64,000 nucleotides of DNA, taken from assembly GCA_964016885.1 (NCBI GenBank), contig OZ024742.1, forward strand, positions 47,740,001-47,804,000. The letters run 5' to 3'. A program made the translations under genes and the position numbers. The notes beneath the pieces are model-generated. The model was not told where the DNA came from. It saw nothing but the letters and a program-made list of their open reading frames with translations, and did no database searches. Shown here piece after piece: positions 54,398 through 64,000 of the stretch (positions are counted from its first letter, which is position 1; each line of letters starts with the position of its first letter). This stretch comes from Eledone cirrhosa. Taxonomy: Eukaryota.

Positions 54398-56111
54398 AAA
54401 GTTATATTTAAATTGTTGGGTTAACAACGAGTAAATATTTATAACTGATATAAAAGCACTAAACAAGTATTTGGAGTATATTTATGATATTAAATAAATG
54501 GAAACTATATTTATAAAACCATATTTATTTCGTTATATATATTTCAGGGATATCATATTAACAATATGTTATGCCATCTTCAGACAAAATACAATATAAA
54601 CAGTCTTATAAATAAATAGATACGACATACCTTTCAATCACCTTGCATTTGTGAGGTTGATTTGGCAGTAAAAAATATTGTGGACAGTTGTAAAAAGAAA
54701 GAGATAAAGAGAGAAAGAAAGAGAAACGAAGAAAAAGAAGAAATGTATGTGACTAAATAGAGGGATATAGAAAGATAGATAAAGAGAAGAACTTCATGTA
54801 AAGAAACAGAGAGAAATATATAGAGAGAGAGGAAAAAAGAAAGAGATATATAGAGATAGATAGAGAAATTAGGAAGTTGAGTATCGGTTGATACATTTAT
54901 TTATTTTAAAATCTTCAACAGCACTATCAGGCGTACTCTGGCAACTTAGGCATGATAACGTTAGATATTCGACGACTTGGAATATAGTTTCAAGGGGGAT
55001 TCCTTTTAATTCATCCTCTGAGACATGTGACCTCTGTGCGGAGGAGATATTCTTTATACTAAAATCTAAAAATTCCCTTAATCTACGGACAAATTTATTC
55101 AGTTGCTGCAGACATAGATTGAACTCAACGTTTAAATATAAATTTAAATTTAAAATGTAGTTATGTTTGTTTTGATTTGATTTGTAATTATTTATGAAAC
55201 TAGCCGATAAATCTTTCGATTTCTTCTTTTTATTAAAACATTCTTTTTATTAAAACATTCTTCATGAATAATTAAACTACCCTATAAGCTGATGCTCCAA
55301 ATATATCGAATTAAATTTTAAACTAGATAAACTTCTATATTATATATAAGAACATATGTAGACCAAATGGGTATCCTAAACTTTTGGAATGATTTCTGCT
55401 GGACAGGATTTGGTAAACAATTTTTGTTTTATCTGTTTCGACTCTGATGCTTATGATGATCTTGGCAATATATTGTCAATTAACTTTGAATGGCTGATCT
55501 CTGTGTTTTATTTCTATTATTTTTTTATATTTTTTAATATTTTGTAATATTTTCTATTTTTAATATTAAATGTTTTAGTTTTCTGTTTATTTATTTATTT
55601 TCTTGTCTCTGATATTTTTATTTTTATTCTTATTTTTATTTTTATTAATATATTGAAATCTGTTCTCTATTTCTGCTTGATCGACAATCATGTAGAATAA
55701 CGACAAGAATAGTATTGTTAAAATTAATATAGACTCTATTTATATGTGTATATATACACACATATATGTATACTTGAATTTTTATAGCACAATGAGAATG
55801 TTTTCGTGTGAATTGGGAGTTTGTTTATAATTATGATATAAACATATGAATTTTTAAAAACTAGACATAAGATCATTACTTCTCACACATTATAGATACA
55901 TGTCTCATTCATGAATACTGGTACTTACATTATAATGCCTGTTTTATACGAACTAATATTTTCTACGGATAAAACATAGCGGTTTTAAATTCTGCATCGT
56001 TTATGTCTGGTTATGTTTCATTTTCTCTTTTTCATTTTCTCTTTTTTCTCTCTATATAACGGCTATTTTCTCTCTTAACTACATAATCTCTCTTTACATT
56101 AATACTAGAGC

Positions 56112-56142
<31 letters not shown>

Positions 56143-56550
56143 ATGTATCAACCGATACTCAACTTCCTAATTTCTCTATCTATCTCTATATATCTCTTTC
56201 TTTTTTCCTCTCTCTATATATATTTCTCTCTATTTCTTTACATGAAGTTCTTCTCTTTATCTATCTTTCTATATCCCTCTATTTAGTCACATACATTTCT
56301 TCTTTTTCTTCGTTTCTCTTTCTTTCTCTCTTTATCTCTTTCTTTTTACAACTGTCCACAATATTTTTTACTGCCAAATCAACCTCACAAATGCAAGGTG
56401 ATTGAAAGGTATGTCGTATCTATTTATTTATAAGACTGTTTATATTGTATTTTGTCTGAAGATGGCATAACATATTGTTAATATAATATCCCTGAAATAT
56501 ATATAACGAAATAAATATGGTTTTATAAATATAGTTTCCATTTATTTAAT

Positions 56551-56556
<6 letters not shown>
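54395..56556 (+). mobile_element. 5'-truncated PLE with inverted 5' pLTR: GIY-YIG C-terminus (54910-55160) and HHRs at 56448-56513(+) / 54526-54591(-)
   Basis: TALSGVLWQLR..TWNIVSRG..CDLCAEE..LNLRTNLFSCCRH. Inverted repeat of about 420 bp at 54483-54905 / 56134-56556. HHR reads TATTTTGT-CTGAAGA..GAAA-TATATA-TA-ACGAAATA. Confidence 0.85.
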
Positions 56557-56616
<60 letters not shown>

Positions 56617-56788
56617 TATATATCGAATAATGTACACCATTTTACCAGTATCACAAACATAAATACTGGTCCACCCACACAGACACACACACATTCTCAC
56701 ACACACACACATACACACACACATATATACACACACACATACACACACGTATATTAAAGCAAACATCACGGACGCTCTATCTCAAAAT

Positions 56789-56828
56789 AATTTTTGAAAA
56801 GCATTAGAAATGCGCAACCGGTAAAATT
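56789..56828 (+). ncRNA. Family G homolog: U3-A8 hammerhead-like motif (A13C)
   Basis: AATTT-TTGAAAA-GCATT aga AATGC-GCAA-CCGG-TA-AAATT. Confidence 0.55.
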
Positions 56829-57841
56829 TAAAACCAAAACTGAATACTAACCAATACTATTACTAATTCTCACTTATTCCTAATTAAACTATTTTTCATT
56901 GTGAATAATTTGTCAGCATTTTCTTTTCCTTTTACCAATATATATATATATATATATACTTTTTTATATTTATATATATTTTTTTATGTTTATATATATT
57001 TTTTTATTATCTATGTTTTTTACATACTTATTTATACGTGTATACGTGTGTGTATGTGGATGGATGTATGTGTATGTGTACGTATGTGTGTGTATATGTA
57101 TACGTATGTATGGGTGTGTATGTATATATGTATATATATATAGTCGCGTACGTACGTGTGATTAGATATACATGTGGCGATATAGATATATATATACGTG
57201 CCTCGTGTGTATGTATGTACGCAAGCATGCGCGTTTGTCTGTACGTATGTGTGTGTATAAATATTTTTATATATATTTGTGTGTGTACGTGCGTACGTAT
57301 ATTTGTTTTCTTTTTTCTACTGTTAATTGATAACCCCTCCCGCTTACTTTCCAATTGATTTTTTAAAAAAATGTGTTCATTCTCATATATTGTTTCACTT
57401 TTATACATATATCGAGAATGACACTTCTTTTTAATATTATACTCCCTTCCCGCTTCATCTTCCGCATATAAGTGACCGCGCGTGTTTGTGTGTTTATACG
57501 CGTGCTTTCATACTCGTATGTATATTTAATACCTGTATCTGGATGCGTGTTAACTATATTATCTTACAATTTCTTTTTCAACTCATATTATATACGTATT
57601 TGTGGTCACATATACACAAATATACTTGCCCTCATATGTGTACTTACGCACACATTTTCTCCATACACATGCATTTATACATACACACATATGTACATTT
57701 GTGAGTGTATATACATACATATACTCATACCCTAATTATATTTCCTTATTTTTTTATATATCTCTTGCATTACTTTTATTTATATTTTTTTTTTCCCGTT
57801 AAACTCTTGCCTTTCTTGAGGAGATTTTTCAAATATTTCAC

Positions 57842-57918
57842 TATGTTTCCGATGAACGAATGAGGACGTTTTTCGTATTCCTCTTATTCGGGAAACCTCT
57901 GGAAATGAGGTAATTATA
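57842..57918 (+). ncRNA. Degenerate hammerhead-like motif (U4C, weak stem I)
   Basis: CCGATGA-aCGAATGAGGA..TCCTCttATTCGg-GAAA-CCTC..GAGG-TA. Confidence 0.5.
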
Positions 57919-58015
57919 TTGTATTGTTTATTATACAATAAATTTAGCTCTGGTACTTACATAGAGCACTCTTCACTCCTATGTTTTTTTCAATTTTCAA
58001 CGGAAACTTTAATAC

Positions 58016-58039
<24 letters not shown>

Positions 58040-58046
<7 letters not shown>

Positions 58047-58160
58047 TAACAGATTAAAGTTTAAGCAAAGAATCGGCGTTTTTCCCTTAATGGGATCTTC
58101 TGAAATGTATTTATTCTTATCCAGCCCTCTTTAGAATTTAGTCTTCAAATTTATTATTAT

Positions 58161-58165
<5 letters not shown>
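58040..58165. mobile_element. Family C copy with internal inversion
   Basis: C block followed by the reverse complement of the C terminus seen at 14244 and 52700. Confidence 0.65.
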
Positions 58166-58210
<45 letters not shown>

Positions 58211-58225
58211 CATTCATATATATAT

Positions 58226-58328
<103 letters not shown>

Positions 58329-58477
58329 ATTAGTACATTTACCAGCATATGTGTACAGATGTTCACCTATGCTAGCAAATATATATGTTATGTCTTCTTA
58401 CAGAAAGTAATTAGTTGGAGTGAAAATTTTAGTAAGTAAGTTGATTTTTAATTTTTAAAATGTTCTTATTTTACGTC

Positions 58478-58524
<47 letters not shown>

Positions 58525-59845
58525 CGAATGCTTTGCAATTTTGATACACAATAAGTTTATTTATTCATTATTTTGAAATACAAATGTTATGCATTCATTG
58601 ATATGTTATTTGCTTTGTCGAAATTAGCATGAGAATAAATTATTATATACGGTAGGGAAATACCACTTGGATTTGGATAAAAAACAATTACAGTAAATCC
58701 CAAAAGGTAGTGTACATTTGTCATCGTGAAAAGCAAGGTGAAAGACAACTATATATAGTATATGAAGTCTTTAAGACAGCTGTCAGAAGAATGAATCAGC
58801 CATGTCAATACAGTGGAACGGGAAGAATTATCTTCGTTTTCTAAATATATATTGATGTAATCACTGTTAGCATCGTGTGATTTTTACAATTATACGTGCT
58901 GTATCTGATATAATCTGTCTTTTAAATATTTTAAAGTTATATCTTCAACGAAAAATGATAAGTGAAATTTGTTGCTGAAAGAATTGTTTTCTTTGTCAGA
59001 GGACTTCATCATACAACAATTGAATGGTTGCTTGAAGGAATTCTATATATTTTCATGCTGGTTATGTTAGTACTGAGGAATAGGTAGTTGGTGATCTGTT
59101 ATGCAGTTACTTGTAAAATAATCTTTCTCTTTATGTTAAATTTAGTTTTCCTACATCCGTACAAGTTAGATCTCACTGATAATTTTAGAATTTTCTTCCA
59201 TAATATTGAGGCGTAAAGGAAAATATCCCCCCCCCCCCAAAAAAAAAAGAAACACGTAATGTTCTGGGATCCTTAGTAGTGTCACATTTTTAAAAGAGGT
59301 AAGATCATTACCAACATTTAAATGATCACTTAAGAGGCTTATTTATAATATAGTTATATCTTTACCACTATTTATAATATAGTTATATCTCTACCACTAT
59401 AACAGCATCAATAACAGTGAATACGCTATGGTGGATGTAAACAATTGGCTACGAGTCAGTCGCATATGTAAACAATATGGGACCCTAAGCGTGCCCCAAA
59501 TTCAAATATTTGTCCTGAACCAACGAAACAGCCGGATTGTTGAGATTAAATCAGTGTATGGAAAAATGCATCTGTGCTGGTTGCATATACTCAGTTGAAT
59601 CAAAACTGGCACGCATTTACTTAATAAGTACTTGTAGGAACCGAGTATAATATAATGCTGGAAATATTGCTATCTGAACAAAAAAAGTGGCAATATTCAG
59701 CAATGACAGTCGGCTTACAGCCTATGGGACAACTTGGACTTTCTCAGACTAAGGGAAATGAACCCACACATGTTAGAACCTTCCCAACTTATTGTATTTG
59801 AAATTATCAAATTCTACAAGAACTCGCTTAATATAAACCACACAT

Positions 59846-60455
59846 GTGTCGCTGCGGAGCTACCGCAGACTCTTTCGGACTAACACGCTTTCATGTTGCT
59901 ACAATGCCGACTGCCTTTCAAGCCATGCTGCTCTCAACGAGGCCATAACGCATGGTTTGGATGCTGCAAGCTTCCTCTCCCAGCACGAACCGGGGCTGGA
60001 CGCAGAGGACGGAAAAAGCCAAGACGACATGGTTATCTTCCCGTTCCGCGGTGGTAATCCCCTCGTCTGGGATGCGGGAGGCAGCGACACATTTTCCAGC
60101 AGCAACCTGGTGCACTCTGCGATCAACCCAGGCTCTGCTGCACCGCGGGCCGAGGAGGGTAAACTCTCCAAGTATCGGTTGTTCACCGACAGGTTTGCAG
60201 TGGAGAGTTCTGGTGTCCTTTATCTTGGGGCTAACTCCCTACTCACCACCATAGGCGAGGAGCAGGCTCCCGCAGGTGTGAGCCTCGCGAGATGGAATGG
60301 CTCTTCCAACGCATTTGCTGATAATAGTGAAATATCGGGAGGGTGAAAGAGATTGAAGCGATGGCGATGGGATTTCGGATCCTCTGTATTCGGACATGCT
60401 GTACGTGTGTGTATGTTTGCTTCTTTGTTTTTATGAACGAAAGTTGTAATAAATC
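59846..60455 (+). pseudogene. 3' remnant of a CRE-like non-LTR retrotransposon (restriction-like endonuclease domain)
   Basis: LSC..HAALNE..EPGLD.EDGK.QD....P..GG.PLVWD...DT....GSAA..AE..K..KY....FAVE..G matches the RH..LN / EP.GL / DGKRPD / LVWD / K..KY / AVET pattern. AATAAA near 60446. Confidence 0.75.
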
Positions 60456-63400
60456 AATGCTTATCTCAAAATTACCAACTATTACGGCATCTAATTATGT
60501 TGGTGATCTTTACTTTTTTTCACAACATTCAGTACCAAACATGAAAAGATAAGGTTTGGAATAAAGTCTCGAAAAAATACATTGTCTGTTGCTCTACCTC
60601 ACTAATATTTAAGAAACGTTTCATATTCACTGTTTTATTTCTCCGTTCAGTAAAAGTTGTTTTCAACATATTAATTAGTACATTACGAAAATATGTAGAT
60701 AATATTTACAGATACTATCGTTGCTCCTGGCACTGATAGAAAATATGTTGTCTGTGATCATTTTTTCAACCCGCGGAAAATAAAATGTCTTTACCAACGA
60801 CGCGCACAAACTGCGTTTGGTACTATGTTATTTATGGCTGCATAATTATGAATATTAAAATTTAAAAAATAGATAGAATGCTAAACAAATGACCAATAAA
60901 AATATGATCTCATTTTCTCTGCATGACATGACAGCTTGATCATTTTTAAATCCGATTAAATAATTATCATTCACATCAACAGCGACATTTACCTAAACAA
61001 TTACAACACACGAAAACAATTTCCAGATCAGTATGAGGTATCAGAATTATTAATTACGTCCCTACACATGTTAATGTGGGGAAATTGCATAATGCGAACA
61101 CGTTCAAATATAATATGGTAATATTGAATCCCCACAATCTTACAAATAAATATGAATGCAAACATGGAGATATTCTGAAATATGCAGCCATTTAAGAGCC
61201 TTTTAGTTAATTGGATATAAGGATAACTAGTGGCGTGGATGTATTGATTGCTAATATTTTGCAGGTACGAGTTTTGAGTTGTGTGATATATATTGCAGAC
61301 GAGATGAAATGTGGCAACGTCGAATGTAACATATTGCCCCGGAACAACAGGAATACATGCAGCATAACTGACTTTAGTAGTTTATGAGATGGTAAATAAT
61401 ATTTGCACTATTTCACCCTTCTTGCAAGTAAAACTAAATGGTACGACGTGTTTTCTACACATCTGAATTCAGCACTGCATTAATTTTCTATATTAGTATT
61501 TCATTTACCGGGTATATTTATCCTCATAAAGAATCCATGACTGTTAATATTATGCCTAGATGACTAAATGTACGACTGCCAAAAGTAAATCTTGTTGAAG
61601 TCGCTTAATTATACGAGAAAATAATATGCAAGTGAAAAAATCATGAATATGTTCCCCGTGTTCTGAGAATAGAAGTAAGTATTGTATGAGTAAATAATTC
61701 ATGAGAAATATCTTAGTAAAGAATAGCTTGCTAGCTGAAAAGAGTACAAGGACATTTAAATATATCTCAGTATGTAAACGTTAAAGCAAGTATGTGTGCT
61801 ATAAAATGTGTATGTATGTGCCCTATGTATATATGTGTGTGTATATATAGCGTTTTCCTCTTTGATCGACGGTCTTACAGAAACGGTAATTTCTTAAAAT
61901 TTCACATCCGACACATTTCTGAACAGTGCCTATCTTGACTGATTAGTCCTTTTTGCGTCCAGCATAGCATTTTACAATACCCAAAGTAGAACAATGGAGA
62001 GAAACATTTGTTTCGCCTTACATCAACAGCATGTTGGATGCGCGAATTTTCGAATGCTTCGGTTGGTCTATGTGCAGCTGAGCTCCCATTGCCACAGATC
62101 TCAACTGACTCTTCCCAACTCCCATAACCAACGGAGAATATTTGAGGGTATTTTTATATTGATCCTTGAAACGGAAGCTTAGAATATCCTCATCGCCATC
62201 TTCTCTCTGCTTGGAGATACTGGATTCATCCATACATGAGATTCAAACATCTCAATTTTCTGTACCGTGTATTTTATTTTGGCATTTGATGTTGAGGTTC
62301 CTACTCAAACAGCGCATGTGTTCAGTTTCTTGACCTAATTGCATTACCAAAGCTTGATTGCCATAAAAATAAATTGAAATGACTCGTGCCTGAATGTAAA
62401 GAAGAGCCGGAGGAATAATTGCGAAGCATTTTGTCAAACCATTGTTCTAAGATAAGTTGTGATATTTTCTGTAACCTAAGTCATCATCCTAACATGAATT
62501 TTGTTGGATGCGTACGGACGCTGTAGAATGAATAATGAGGCATTTAGCGGTTATTTTAAAACGTAGAAGAATCCAATTTTTTTCTAGGTCTAAGAAGACC
62601 TGTTTCCTCCAGAGAATGAGAAAAGGATAACAGGAAGAAACGATCCCAGTATTGAAATGATACATTTTTTATCGACCTTAAACGGATGGAATGCAAACTT
62701 CAGATAGGTGGGACTTGAAATCAGAGTGAATGCAGAGAGTCAGAACGAATACTGCAAAGCATTCTATCAGACTTCTAAGGCAACGATGAAATGTAAATTT
62801 GACTTCCTGGCCGTTTATGAATCTTATTGACTAATGCTCTAAGGTTTAAGCCTATATAGCGCTAGTTACTACGAATGATACTAGCAATGGTAATTAGAAA
62901 GATAAAAAGAAAACATAAATATGAATATGTATTTCTAATAAACACGAAATCTTTGGGGGAAGGCAAAGTCAATTAAATCCATTGAATTACAACAAATATA
63001 CTTATTTTATCGACCTGAGAAGATGAAAGACGAAGTTGGTACCATTGAGATTTGAATTCGGAATGGAAAGAAATTGATGTAAATAAATACCACAACAATA
63101 AACAAACAAACAACATCAACAACATGAGTAGATCAAAAAGCAACGCCATAATCATCCATCTAAGTAGCAGTAGCAACAGTAGTAGTATCAGTAATAGTAG
63201 TAGTAGTAGTAGTAGTAGTAGTAAAGACTCTAATGTGATTGCAAATTTCTCAACTACATAGCAACACAATCACTATTACCACTGAATGCCACGCCCTTCT
63301 ATCATCACAGACCACCGTCAGCATCCGATAGCATCCATTATTTTACGGCTATAATAATTTGCATGAGATAGCAACGGATTTTTAGCGAACGAGCTACCAG

Positions 63401-63737
63401 ATGGCAATTTATGTATTCACAGATGTCTTTCCTAAAATTCCCTATGGAAATAACGGAAGTTGGGCGAATGCGTGCTGAAGAAAACAAAAAGACTAATAAA
63501 CGAGTGTTGATAAAACTGGCGTTAACATTAACCACAAAAGACCGTTATGATTACAGTGTTAATTCATATTGGCAGCGATGCAGTTTTTGCTATTGCTTTT
63601 CTGCAATTAAGGGGTGGTATAAATTTGTACGTTTTTTTTCTTGTTTAACAACAACAGTATAAGGAACAGCTATATAATTATTATTAGTAATAATAATAAC
63701 AACAATAACAACAATAACAGCAACAACAACAACAACA

Positions 63738-63768
<31 letters not shown>

Positions 63769-63872
63769 AAACTGGTGGTGATGAATATGATATTTATTAT
63801 TAGACAATGTTTTTCGATAAAATATTAAGCATGACTATGATTATAATACAGATAACATTAAATGATGATAAT

Positions 63873-64000
63873 AATTGTTTCTACTTTTGGCACAAAGCCG
63901 ACAATTACCCCAGAGCATTACTGGTTCTTTATTTTATTGACCCCGTAAAGATGAAAGGCACCGTTAACCTCGGCGGGATTTGAACTCAGAACTCAAAGGC
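63873..64000 (-). mobile_element. Nin/Deu-core SINE cut by the window end (older copies near 31995, 62670 and 62985)
   Basis: Reverse-complement tail, core and B-box. Confidence 0.8.

Noticed and set aside
61255-61272. TTTTGCAG|GTACGA recursive-splice-like site
   Set aside because: A single motif with a weak polypyrimidine tract and no transcript evidence.

Overview
AT-rich eukaryotic DNA crowded with (TA)n/(CA)n microsatellites. It is most likely intronic or intergenic sequence of an octopod cephalopod, inferred from the abundant Nin/Deu-core tRNA SINE and the microsatellite load. No intact host gene is recognisable, and most listed ORFs are microsatellite artefacts. Decayed mobile elements are present: an R4/Dong-like LINE, an RTE LINE, a CRE-like LINE endonuclease, two Helitrons sharing termini (one with a broken PIF1 helicase), a mariner, a probable LTR plus PBS, many SINEs, and four Penelope-like element (PLE) coding remnants. 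The dominant hidden structure is a set of more than 20 short non-coding elements, each sitting between (TA)n tracts and built as tandem units and/or fold-back palindromes. They carry roughly 25-30 hammerhead-ribozyme (HHR) motifs found by eye, some degenerate. Two are physically attached to PLE GIY-YIG coding ends. Notable variants are U3-A8 compensatory cores, a CAGANGA-core family, a tRNA-headed unit, and a family whose three hammerhead segments appear in a non-circularly permuted order. All RNA structures are manual predictions and activity is untested.
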